This document shows, piece after piece, positions 34,590-43,677 of a stretch of 64,000 nt of DNA. Position 1 is the stretch's first letter. Each line of letters begins with the position of its first letter. Position numbers and translations under genes: made by a program. Source of the DNA: an uncultured bacterium (GTDB taxonomy: Bacteria > Nitrospirota > Thermodesulfovibrionia > Thermodesulfovibrionales > Thermodesulfovibrionaceae); NCBI GenBank assembly GCA_937998865.1, contig CALLBR010000017.1, positions 82,289 to 146,288 on the forward strand. The letters run 5' to 3'. The notes below the pieces were generated by a model. That model searched no databases, had not been told where the DNA came from, and saw only the letters and a list, made by a program, of their open reading frames with translations.

Positions 34590-35774
34590 TTAAAAACCAA
34601 ATTCTTTAAGTAATTCATCTACATCTTCTTGAGACACTTTTTCCACTTCTTTAGGTACGGTTTTCTTTTCTTCAAACTTTAAACCAAAGGTTGTGATGAG
34701 TTTCAAAAGCTCTACCTCAAGATCGCCTACAAGATTTATTACCTTTTTAAGGACCTGTCCTGTAATATCCTGAAAAGACTGGGTTGTAAGAATTTCTGTT
34801 AGATCATCCTCTAAGGTATTTTTAAATTCTTTTAGAAATTTTACTGATTCCTCAGGTCCTTGCAATTCTCTTATATGGTTAGCTAAATCATCCATCTTAA
34901 GAATATATTTCTCAACTATTTCCATAGTTTTATTTGCTGCTTCTTCTGTTTTATTTATTACCATCTGGAGCTGATCAACTGCTCTTGGCATTTGTTCTGT
35001 TGCTAATTCTTTTATACGGGGATCAAGAGCCTCTCTAAAGCTTTTAAGTGAATCATGAAGTTTTCTTGCCACTTTGCCCACTTCTTTGTATAAATCACTC
35101 TGACTTTTCTGGATAATATTAGTCATTATTTGATCTGCTCTTTCATAGTCGCCTGATGAGACAGAATTCATAAAGTTTGTAATCTCTTCTAAAAGTAAAT
35201 ATTTTGGATCATCCTTTGAAAGTCCCTTTTCTTCATAGAATTTAATAGGATCTATTGTTTCTTTTACAGTAATTTCACCACCTACTGTGGCAACCTTTTT
35301 TAGTACTTCTAATTTATCTCCCTCTTCTATTACTTCTACTATCTCTTCTTCAAAAAGAGCTTGATCTTCTGAAGGAATTAATTTTTTTATATCTAACAAT
35401 ATTAATAATCTATCATCTATCCTCGCTACTCCCTCAATGTGATTATCTCCATGTTTTAGAAATTCTTCAGCAGGCTCAATACTTTTTTCATCAATGTTAA
35501 CAACGCCTGTTATGTTATCTACTAAAGCTCCGAAAGTTATTCTACCTGTTGATATTACAACTACTTTATTTCCTTCCTGCTCTTCAGTAAGATTTAAAAT
35601 CCTTTTTAAATTTATTATAGGAATAACTCTGCCTCTTAAATTAGTAACTCCTTCCACATAATAAGGCACTCCTGGCATTTTTGTAATCTGAGGAATTTTT
35701 ATTATTTCTTGCACTTTAAGAATGGGAATAATGTACTCATTTTCATTTAAAAGAAATCCTATGCACTGCCTCAT
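34590..35774 (-). CDS. CheW domain fused to a full-length CheZ-like phosphatase
   Basis: 394 aa. Residues 1-~135 are CheW-like (…VPYYVEGVTNLRGRVIPIINLKRIL…). Residues ~225-394 align by eye with E. coli CheZ: VARKLHDSLKSF..., the catalytic SFQDITGQVLKKV motif (334-346), and the C-terminal CheY-binding-like SQEDVDELLKEFGF. Confidence 0.8.
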   Translation of the reverse strand: MRQCIGFLLNENEYIIPILKVQEIIKIPQITKMPGVPYYVEGVTNLRGRVIPIINLKRILNLTEEQEGNKVVVISTGRITFGALVDNITGVVNIDEKSIEPAEEFLKHGDNHIEGVARIDDRLLILLDIKKLIPSEDQALFEEEIVEVIEEGDKLEVLKKVATVGGEITVKETIDPIKFYEEKGLSKDDPKYLLLEEITNFMNSVSSGDYERADQIMTNIIQKSQSDLYKEVGKVARKLHDSLKSFREALDPRIKELATEQMPRAVDQLQMVINKTEEAANKTMEIVEKYILKMDDLANHIRELQGPEESVKFLKEFKNTLEDDLTEILTTQSFQDITGQVLKKVINLVGDLEVELLKLITTFGLKFEEKKTVPKEVEKVSQEDVDELLKEFGF

Positions 35775-35797
35775 TTTTTATCTCCTTTCCTTTATTT

Positions 35798-37519
35798 TTA
35801 TCCTTTTCCTGCAAACACTTTTCTTGAGATCAAAGCAAGATCAAGTATTAAAACAACCTTACCATCACCCGTTATAGTGGCTCCCATTATTCCACAGGCT
35901 TCAGAGTCAATGCCATTAATTGTTTTTATAACAATTTCCTCCTGCCCTAAAACTGCATCTACGGCTATACAGAATCTTCTCTCTCCAACACTTGCAACAA
36001 GGATGTATTTTTTATCCGTCTCAGTTGAACCATAAACTCCGAGAAGATCATTAAGAACAAAAACAGGTAAAACCTTTTCTCTTACTGTTAAAACTCTCTG
36101 TCCTGAGACTTCCTTTAATTGAGATACATGAACTCTTAGTGTTTCCTCTATCATTGATTGAGGAATAGCATATACTTCCTCAGCTACCTGTATCATCATG
36201 GCTTGAATTATGGCAAGAGTAAGAGGAAGGCTTATCCTAAAAGTAGTTCCTTTGTCTTTCTCTGTAAATATATCTACATAACCATTGAGTTTTGCCACGT
36301 TTGATTTAACTACGTCCATTCCTACGCCTCTTCCGCTTACTTCTGTGGACACATCCTTTGTAGAAAAACCAGGCAAGAAGATTAAATTTATTAAAACATC
36401 TTCAGACATCTTTTCTGCTTCCTCAAGGGTTATAAGGCCCTTTGTGATAGCTTTTGCTTTAACAGCCTCCACATCTATTCCTCTGCCATCATCAATAATA
36501 TCAATAACTATCTGAGTTCCCTTCTGGTAAGCATCTATTAAAATCTTCCCTTTCTCTGGCTTGCCCTTTGAAATTCTTTCCTGAGGAAATTCTATACCAT
36601 GATCTATAGAATTTCTTATTATATGAACCAGGGGATCACCAATGTTTTCAATTACTGACTTATCAACTTCTGTATCCTCTCCTTTTATTTCAAGTTCTAA
36701 TTCTTTACCAAGTTGTCTTGCAAGATCTCTTACCATCCTTGGAAACTTAACAAAAACCTTCTGAAGAGGTTGCATTCTCATTTTCATTACAGCGAGCTGT
36801 AAATCAGAAGTGACCCTGTCAAGAAAAGAGATGGTCTCAATAAGGCTTTCTACATTTTCATCGCCACTGTATTTTGTCTCAAGCTTATTTGCAAGATTTA
36901 AAAGTCTATTACGAGCCAAAACAATTTCTCCAGCTAAATCCATAACTTTATCTATTCTTACAACATCAACTCTAAGGGTAGCTACTTCTTTTTCCTTTTC
37001 TCTTTCTTTTTGTGGCTGTGAAAAGGTTTCTTCTGTTTTTACTGTTTTTTCCTTTTCCTCAATTTGCCTCTCTTCTGTGGTCTCTTCAGAAGATTCTGTC
37101 TCCTCTTTAGGTTCTTCTCGCTTAGGCGCATACTCTTTTGAAAGAACACTGTCTAAGAGACTTAGAACTGGATTTATGTCTTCCTTAACTTCATCCTTTC
37201 TTTTTAGATGATCAACAAGTATTCTTAGAACATCGGTAGCCTTAAGAATTGCATCAGTAATCTCTGGAGAGATTTCCATCTCTCCTTCTCTTAATTTTTT
37301 TAAAATTGTCTCAGCTCTATGGGCTACCTCTACTATGTTTTGAAACCCTAAGAAACCTGCAGCACCTTTAAGGGTGTGCATTCCTCTGAATATCTCATTT
37401 ATAATTTCTGCATCTTGTCCTCTTTGCTCAAGCTCTACAAATAAGGGATCAAGCCCTTCAAGTATTTCCTCTGCTTCCACAATAAATTCATTTATTATCT
37501 CATCCATCTCATCAGCCAT
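35798..37519 (-). CDS. cheA: chemotaxis histidine kinase CheA
   Basis: 573 aa. HPt P1 (FRGMHTLKGAAG), an E/K-rich linker, P3, HATPase P4 (N, G1, G2 boxes) and a CheW-like P5. Confidence 0.95.
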   Translation of the reverse strand: MADEMDEIINEFIVEAEEILEGLDPLFVELEQRGQDAEIINEIFRGMHTLKGAAGFLGFQNIVEVAHRAETILKKLREGEMEISPEITDAILKATDVLRILVDHLKRKDEVKEDINPVLSLLDSVLSKEYAPKREEPKEETESSEETTEERQIEEKEKTVKTEETFSQPQKEREKEKEVATLRVDVVRIDKVMDLAGEIVLARNRLLNLANKLETKYSGDENVESLIETISFLDRVTSDLQLAVMKMRMQPLQKVFVKFPRMVRDLARQLGKELELEIKGEDTEVDKSVIENIGDPLVHIIRNSIDHGIEFPQERISKGKPEKGKILIDAYQKGTQIVIDIIDDGRGIDVEAVKAKAITKGLITLEEAEKMSEDVLINLIFLPGFSTKDVSTEVSGRGVGMDVVKSNVAKLNGYVDIFTEKDKGTTFRISLPLTLAIIQAMMIQVAEEVYAIPQSMIEETLRVHVSQLKEVSGQRVLTVREKVLPVFVLNDLLGVYGSTETDKKYILVASVGERRFCIAVDAVLGQEEIVIKTINGIDSEACGIMGATITGDGKVVLILDLALISRKVFAGKG

Positions 37520-37923
37520 TATTGACCCCCTTTAAGAGATGGTTTTTTTTGGGCAATTTTTTCAAGTTTCTCTTTTAAAACTTCCCCAGTGAACGGTTTT
37601 ACAATATAATTATCTACTCCTGCCTTAATAGCTTCAATAACTTTTTCCTTTTCTGCCTCTGCAGTAACCATTAAGAAAGGTATATCCTTAAGTTGAGGAT
37701 CGTTTCTTATATGCTTAAGAAGTTCAAGTCCCTCCATTACGGGCATATTCCAATCAGAGACCACAAGTCCATAATCGCCACTCTTTAATTTTTTTAAAGC
37801 CTCCTCTCCGTTTTCAGCTTCATCTATATTTTCAAACCCTAATTGTTTTAATAAATTTTTTACTATTCTTCGCATTGTTGGAAAATCATCTACCACAAGA
37901 ACTTTTATTTTGAAATTAAACAT
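37519..37923 (-). CDS. cheY: chemotaxis response regulator CheY
   Basis: [13 protein letters not shown]...[12 protein letters not shown]...MVTAEA...YIVKPF. The ORF track starts at TTG 37950. I prefer ATG 37923, which has GGAGG 6 nt upstream and does not overlap the upstream RR gene. Confidence 0.9.
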   Translation of the reverse strand: MFNFKIKVLVVDDFPTMRRIVKNLLKQLGFENIDEAENGEEALKKLKSGDYGLVVSDWNMPVMEGLELLKHIRNDPQLKDIPFLMVTAEAEKEKVIEAIKAGVDNYIVKPFTGEVLKEKLEKIAQKKPSLKGGQ

Positions 37924-37933
37924 TTTTTCCTCC

Positions 37934-38314
37934 TTATTCTTTTTTACCAAAAATTTTCCTAATAATTCTCTTCATGCTCTCAACAATTTGTTCTGCTGTG
38001 GCTGGTTTAACAAGATAATCATCTACACCAGCTTTGTAAGCTCTTTGCTTTTCTTCTTCATCTGCTTCTGTAGTCAACATTACAATGGGAATGTTTGAAA
38101 TTTCAGGATTTGACCTTACTTGTTTAGTAAACTCTATACCATCCATATAGGGCATGTTCATATCAGTGAGGATAAGATTAACTTGTTCCATTCCTACTTT
38201 TTGAAGGCCCTCCATACCATTTTCAGCTGTAATTACTTCGTATCCCTTGCTTCTTAAAATAAGGGAAAGCATCTTTCTCGTTGTTTTATCATCATCTACT
38301 ACGAGTACTTTCAT
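37934..38314 (-). CDS. single-domain response regulator (CheY-like)
   Basis: 126 aa. VLVVDDD...[13 protein letters not shown]...MLTTEA...YLVKP. Confidence 0.88.
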   Translation of the reverse strand: MKVLVVDDDKTTRKMLSLILRSKGYEVITAENGMEGLQKVGMEQVNLILTDMNMPYMDGIEFTKQVRSNPEISNIPIVMLTTEADEEEKQRAYKAGVDDYLVKPATAEQIVESMKRIIRKIFGKKE

Positions 38315-38327
38315 CCCTTACCTCCAC

Positions 38328-39176
38328 TTAAACTTTTTGATATACAATAACTTTATTTATAACTATAGGTCTAAAAGCTCTTGTTATGTTATGCAAGCTT
38401 TCTGAAGTACCTATGAACAAGTAACCCTTTGGCCGTAGAACATCATAAATTAATGAAACTACCTTTTTCTTTGCCTTATCATCAAAATAAATTAAAACAT
38501 TTCTGCAAAAAACTATATCAATGCCTTTTAATTGTCTAACTTCTCTTTCCTCTATAAGATTTATATTCATAAATTTTACCAATGATTTTACATTTTCAGA
38601 AAGAAGATAAATGCCCCCTGAATCCTTGAAATACTTTGCCAGGTATTGAGGTGGTATATTCCTAGTAGAATACCCCACATACATGCCCCTTCTTGCAGAC
38701 ATTAAAACAGACTCACTAATATCAGAGGCATATATTTCTTTTCTTATGTTCATTAACTCTGATTTCTCAAGTAAAATCATGGCTATTGTATAAGGCTCTT
38801 CGCCTGTTGAGCACGCAGCAGACCAAATCTTTATGTCTTTTCTCCCCATTTGAGCATTCTCTTTAACTATCTGGGGTATAAGATTATTTGCTAAAACTTC
38901 AAATTGTTGAGGTTCTCTGAAGAAAAAAGTTTCATTAGTAGTTACTGCATCAAAAAGTCTGGCTATATCTGGTTTAGTAGCACTGTATTTCAAATAATAA
39001 AGATAATCATCGTAACTTCTCAAGTTCTTCTCTTTTATAACTCTGCTAAGCCTATTCTCAAGAAAATATTTTTTATTATCAGGAATATATATACCTGTTT
39101 TCTCGTAAATGAAATCCCTTAACTGCCTAAAAGTATCTTCACTTAGTGTCTGGGATGTTGCCGTTAAGGTGCTCAT
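38328..39176 (-). CDS. cheR: chemotaxis protein methyltransferase CheR
   Basis: 282 aa. TTNETFFFREPQQF, and IWSAACSTGEEPY (SAM-binding). Confidence 0.93.
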   Translation of the reverse strand: MSTLTATSQTLSEDTFRQLRDFIYEKTGIYIPDNKKYFLENRLSRVIKEKNLRSYDDYLYYLKYSATKPDIARLFDAVTTNETFFFREPQQFEVLANNLIPQIVKENAQMGRKDIKIWSAACSTGEEPYTIAMILLEKSELMNIRKEIYASDISESVLMSARRGMYVGYSTRNIPPQYLAKYFKDSGGIYLLSENVKSLVKFMNINLIEEREVRQLKGIDIVFCRNVLIYFDDKAKKKVVSLIYDVLRPKGYLFIGTSESLHNITRAFRPIVINKVIVYQKV

Positions 39177-41065
39177 ATTCTACTTAATACCTCCTCTATT
39201 TTCTCTCTTATCTCTTTATTAGGATGCTCCTTCTTAGAGTAGAGAATATCATAAATCTCCCTTCCTCCAAAGAGGCTTAATACCTCTATGGTGGCTATAA
39301 CTACAGGAGGGAAAGAATCATCCAATAAAGGAGTTAATCTTTCAATTAAAATTTCAGGTTCACAACTTTTACTTAATGCCTTAACTGCATAATATCTGAT
39401 CCAAGGATCCTCATCATTCAAACATTCAAATAAAAGATCAGAACAAAATTGGGCTTCACCAAGAGCAGATATAGCTGTCTTTTTTATTTCCCTGTTTTCT
39501 GAGGAAATAAACTCTGTAATTTTAGAAATTGCCTCTGGAGTTGCTAATTTACCAAGAGCCATTATAGCAGCTTTTCTTACATCAAGAGTGTCACATTGGA
39601 GAAGCATGTTAAGAATATCTAGAGAATAAGTAACATTTGCAACTGCGAGTTTTACCTCAGTACGGTAGAATTTTAAATTACTTATAAATCTATCCTGATC
39701 TATTTCTATCAAAGAAATAACAATGCTTTCTATGACATCAGGATAGGTTTCTTTCTGAATAAGTTCTAACAGAGGTTCAAAAGCCTCTCTTGCTCTAATC
39801 ATGCCAAGAGCCTCTATGGCAGCTTTACGTACATTTACATCTACATCTTCCACACTACGAACAACCAGCGGTTGAACAGATTCTTTATCACCAATGTCAC
39901 CAAGTGCCTTTGCTGAAGCTATTCTAATATCTCTTTTTATATCCTCAAGAAATCTTAATAAAATTGGTATAGCTTTCTTACTCCTAATTTTACCAAGGGT
40001 ATTTATAACAAAAGCCTTTGCTCTGAATTTTAACTTGTCTTTTTCAAGTAATAATAATAATTCTTCTTCTGAGTCTATAGCAAGGAGAGTATCTTGAATT
40101 AAAGATATTCTCTCTTCATAATCAAAAAAAGAAGGATCAAGTTTTCCAGCTTCTTCAACCAGTAAAGGTACTGCTTCTTTTAAATTTGTTATTTTGACTC
40201 CTTTGAAGGCTAAGGCTTTCTCCTCCCATTCACCTTCTTTGATTAAACTTAGCAGTTCATCCTTTATATCTTTATCCTTGGGCAAAGCCTCAACTCTTAT
40301 TAAGGCTTTTATTATTTCTCTTTTTTCATCCCTAGTGGCAATGGGATAATACTTTAATAAAGGTTCAATTACCTCTTGTGTCCCTATTTTTCCAAGGGTA
40401 TCTATTGCTTCTGCCTTAACTAAAAGAGAATCTGTAGTGAGAAGAAGTTCTCCTATAGCCTTTGCAGCATCTGAGGAACGCAAAGAGGCTAAAGCCTGAA
40501 GAACATAAAAAGAAACCCATTCTTCATCATTAAGACATTCAATTAATGCTGAAATAGCCTTCTCATATCTTAATTCACCAAGTGCTCTTGCTGCAGCAGC
40601 TCTTACATTGGCATTGGGATCTTTCAAAAGAGGAATCACTTTTTCTCCATCAAAACCACTTTTAATGTCAGCTATAAGGTCAAGACCAAATTTTCTTACA
40701 TCAGAATCTTTATCTTTTAGAAGTTGATAGATTAAAAAAGGAGCCTTACTTCCTATTTCTGTAAGAATAAGTAAGGCTGTATTTCTTATATAAGCCTCTT
40801 CTTCTCTTAAAAGAGGAATCACCATATAGGTTACTAATTCTCCTGGATTACTGCTAAATCTTTCCTCATCTAAGGATGTTCCAATGGCTATGAGTGCCTG
40901 TGTAGCAGCATCTTGCACTGCAGGGCTTTCATCTTTCAATGCCTTAATAAGAGGATATACAGCTCTTTCATCAAAAGAAGTTAGCTCCTCTGCGGCATAT
41001 CTTCTTTCAGAAGGATCTTTATCATTCAGTAGTTTAAAAATAAGTTTTTTAATATTCTTTTTCAT
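39173..41065 (-). CDS. HEAT/PBS-lyase-type repeat protein, first gene of the che operon
   Basis: 630 aa made of many ~30-aa repeats of the type L..LL.D.D..VR..A..ALG.IG. ATGA overlap with cheR. GGGAGG SD. Confidence 0.75.
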   Translation of the reverse strand: MKKNIKKLIFKLLNDKDPSERRYAAEELTSFDERAVYPLIKALKDESPAVQDAATQALIAIGTSLDEERFSSNPGELVTYMVIPLLREEEAYIRNTALLILTEIGSKAPFLIYQLLKDKDSDVRKFGLDLIADIKSGFDGEKVIPLLKDPNANVRAAAARALGELRYEKAISALIECLNDEEWVSFYVLQALASLRSSDAAKAIGELLLTTDSLLVKAEAIDTLGKIGTQEVIEPLLKYYPIATRDEKREIIKALIRVEALPKDKDIKDELLSLIKEGEWEEKALAFKGVKITNLKEAVPLLVEEAGKLDPSFFDYEERISLIQDTLLAIDSEEELLLLLEKDKLKFRAKAFVINTLGKIRSKKAIPILLRFLEDIKRDIRIASAKALGDIGDKESVQPLVVRSVEDVDVNVRKAAIEALGMIRAREAFEPLLELIQKETYPDVIESIVISLIEIDQDRFISNLKFYRTEVKLAVANVTYSLDILNMLLQCDTLDVRKAAIMALGKLATPEAISKITEFISSENREIKKTAISALGEAQFCSDLLFECLNDEDPWIRYYAVKALSKSCEPEILIERLTPLLDDSFPPVVIATIEVLSLFGGREIYDILYSKKEHPNKEIREKIEEVLSRI

Positions 41066-41131
41066 AAAAACCTCCCATAATCAATAAAAACCCAAACAGA
41101 TACAAGTATTATAACAAATAAATCATATTCA

Positions 41132-41157
41132 TCAACGGCTTTCCATAAAATTTTTTA
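41132..41157 (-). promoter_or_regulatory. candidate sigma28 promoter for the che operon
   Basis: On the minus strand: TAAA (41157..41154), a 14-nt spacer, then GCCGTTGA (41139..41132). GCCG is rare in this AT-rich DNA. The site overlaps the fliA stop codon. An alternative sigma70-like TGtTATAAT lies at 41116..41108. Confidence 0.3.
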
Positions 41158-41836
41158 ATTTCAAAAGGGCTCTACCGTGTATCTGACTCACTCGGGAAAG
41201 AGATACATTGAGCAATTTGGCAATCTCTCGCATGTTTAACTCTTCATAATAATAAAGAGAGATAACAAGTTTTTCCTGTTCTGATAGTTTTTCTATTCCC
41301 TCAGCTAATTTATCTCTCAATTCCTTTATCTTTACCTCTTCAAATAAGTCGGTACTGGATGAAAGAATATTAAAAATATTTAATTTTTTACCATCCAATC
41401 CCTCTGTATAGTCATCTAAACTTACTACATCAGAAGCAGTTATGCTTTGATAAATTTCCAGAAGCTCCTTTTGAGAAAGGTTTAGTTTACTGGCTAATTC
41501 CTCATCAGTGGGTTCTTGTCCTTTCTCTTTTAAATCTCTATATGCCTTTTTTAGATTTTCTACCTTTTTTCTAAATTCCTTAGAGAAAACATCAACAGAA
41601 CGAATTTCATCAAGAATCGATCCCCTTATACGATAATCTATGAAAGCAGAGAGAGGAACATTTAGGGAAGGATTATATTTGTTTAATCCCTCCAGCAGTC
41701 CTTTAATCCCTGCAGAAATAAGATCTTCCAGTTCCAAAAAAGATTGAACAGTAAAATAGTATCTTAAGGCATAATGTTTTATCTTTGGCAAAAACTCTTT
41801 AATTAGCTTTTCCTTTTCCTTTTCCGTATAAAACAT
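41132..41836 (-). CDS. fliA: flagellar sigma factor FliA (sigma-28)
   Basis: 234 aa. Sigma70 regions 2, 3 and 4 (…LEDLISAGIKGLLEGLNKYNP…, …MREIAKLLNVSLSRVSQIH…). Position after flhG. Confidence 0.92.
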   Translation of the reverse strand: MFYTEKEKEKLIKEFLPKIKHYALRYYFTVQSFLELEDLISAGIKGLLEGLNKYNPSLNVPLSAFIDYRIRGSILDEIRSVDVFSKEFRKKVENLKKAYRDLKEKGQEPTDEELASKLNLSQKELLEIYQSITASDVVSLDDYTEGLDGKKLNIFNILSSSTDLFEEVKIKELRDKLAEGIEKLSEQEKLVISLYYYEELNMREIAKLLNVSLSRVSQIHGRALLKLKNFMESR

Positions 41837-41842
41837 GAGAAA

Positions 41843-42652
41843 TTATCCTACTTGCATTGCCCTTTTTAGAAAAAATTGCATTCCTCCTTTCAACAAATTT
41901 ACCTCCCTGTTTAAAATTTCCTTTGCAATATCTCTTAATTTTTTAGAAAAATCAGAGGTGGGAAACAAAGCTGTATAAGGCTTTTGCATGATGATAGCCT
42001 CTTTAATTTTTTCATCATAGGGAAGAGCACCGAGATAATCAAGAGTAATACCTAAAAATCTCTCAGTGACAAGAGAAATTTTTCTAAAAGTATCCTTCGC
42101 CTCCTTCAGGTTTCTAACTGAATTAATGATAATACGGAAATTCTTCTCTCCGTATTCTCTATACAGAACTTTTATAAGAGCATAGGCATCAGCTATAGAG
42201 GTGGGCTCTGAATTTAAAATTATCACATTATCATGGGCAGCTGAACAAAAAAAGGTTACATTGTCTGAAATGCCAGCACCGGTATCGATAAGAAAAATAT
42301 CATAATCTATATCCAGATTTTCAAGCTCTGTTAATATTTTCATTTTTTGTTCTAAACTCAATTGAGTTAATTCTCTTATGCCAGAACTTGCAGGAATAAT
42401 ATCTACCCCCTGTGAGGAACTTACAATAATGTCTTTAATTGTTTTTTCACCACTTAAGAGATGTCTAATGTTATACTTGGGTGCAAGGCCAAACATTATA
42501 TCAATATTACTTAATCCTATGTCAGCATCCATAAGAAGAACTCTTTTCTGCATGCTTTTAAAAATTAATGCAATATTTGTGACAAAGTTAGTTTTACCAA
42601 CGCCACCCTTTCCACTTGATACAGCTATAATTCTTGGCACATTAGTTTTCAC
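41843..42652 (-). CDS. flhG: flagellar number/placement regulator FlhG (MinD-like ATPase)
   Basis: 269 aa. Deviant Walker A SGKGGVGKT and a C-terminal amphipathic tail (…GGMQFFLKRAMQVG). GTG start. Overlaps flhF by 11 nt. Confidence 0.9.
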   Translation of the reverse strand: MKTNVPRIIAVSSGKGGVGKTNFVTNIALIFKSMQKRVLLMDADIGLSNIDIMFGLAPKYNIRHLLSGEKTIKDIIVSSSQGVDIIPASSGIRELTQLSLEQKMKILTELENLDIDYDIFLIDTGAGISDNVTFFCSAAHDNVIILNSEPTSIADAYALIKVLYREYGEKNFRIIINSVRNLKEAKDTFRKISLVTERFLGITLDYLGALPYDEKIKEAIIMQKPYTALFPTSDFSKKLRDIAKEILNREVNLLKGGMQFFLKRAMQVG

Positions 42653-43661
42653 AGAAACCTCCTATTATTAGATTTGCAGCATTATAAGGAGGGTAAATAA
42701 TTGCTTTTTCGTCATTATAACCACCTAAGGTTAAAAAGGTGATGGGTTTCCCTGAATAGAAATGAAGATTATATATATTGCCATAATTATGGGCAATGTC
42801 TATTTTTGAAAAAGCTATACAATCATAGGCTTTCGGGTCTAAATTCATGAGAGTATTTACTGAGGCAGATGTAGCCATAGATGTATCTAATACTAAGCAT
42901 TTCCTTAAAGGTATATCCTTAATCAAATCTCTCAACAAGGAAGCATAGGTTATTTTGCCATCTCCAGGGGTGTCAATCAAAATTTTATTCCTGCCAATTT
43001 CCTTATGAACTATTTTGTATAAATCTTTTGGATCTTTAACTATTTTAGCTTCACATCTTAGCTTTATGGACATTTCCTTTATTTGGGCTACAGAACTTAT
43101 TCTTTGGTCAAAGGATAGAAGCATTAATTTTTCATTTCTACTCTTTATGAGCTTACCTAATTTATAAAGAGAGGTGGTCTTACCTACACCGGGTAAGCCA
43201 AAGAATATGAAACCCTTATGGTTCTGAATTTCTCCCTCTGTTACCTTTATTTCTCTGGATAGAATTTCCCTAAGTTCATCAATATGGGAAACTCTCTCCA
43301 ATAGAAGTACTGCTAAGTTATGTTCAATTCCGCTTTGTATCATAAGGCGGTAAAGACTCGATTTTGAATTATCATTCATCACTGGTAAAATTTTTGCAAT
43401 ACTATCTCTTAAAAGAGCCATCTCCATCTTTATTTTCTCTATTTCTAAATGTAAAGGTTTATGATTATCTTCTAAGGATATTTGATTAAAGGCGGTCTCT
43501 TTACTTTCATCTAAAGCTGCAGTTACCTCTATGGATGAAAAATTTGTTATAGGATCTCTCTTAGTGTTGCTAGATAGGATAACAGCCTCAGGACCTAATT
43601 CATTTTTTACCATTTCTAATACTTCTTTGAAAGTTTTACCTTGAAATTTTCTTATTTTCAT
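42642..43661 (-). CDS. flhF: flagellar biosynthesis SRP-type GTPase FlhF
   Basis: 339 aa. GLPGVGKTT (G1), DTPG (G3), and SKID (G4). Confidence 0.9.
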   Translation of the reverse strand: MKIRKFQGKTFKEVLEMVKNELGPEAVILSSNTKRDPITNFSSIEVTAALDESKETAFNQISLEDNHKPLHLEIEKIKMEMALLRDSIAKILPVMNDNSKSSLYRLMIQSGIEHNLAVLLLERVSHIDELREILSREIKVTEGEIQNHKGFIFFGLPGVGKTTSLYKLGKLIKSRNEKLMLLSFDQRISSVAQIKEMSIKLRCEAKIVKDPKDLYKIVHKEIGRNKILIDTPGDGKITYASLLRDLIKDIPLRKCLVLDTSMATSASVNTLMNLDPKAYDCIAFSKIDIAHNYGNIYNLHFYSGKPITFLTLGGYNDEKAIIYPPYNAANLIIGGFCEN

Positions 43662-43677
43662 CCCTACCCCCCATAAG

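Noticed and set aside
41066-41090. Sigma54-like TGGGTTTTTATTGATT upstream of the HEAT gene.
   Set aside because: The spacing of GG to TTG is off by one, and there is no GC at -12. The sigma28-like and sigma70-like alternatives fit better.
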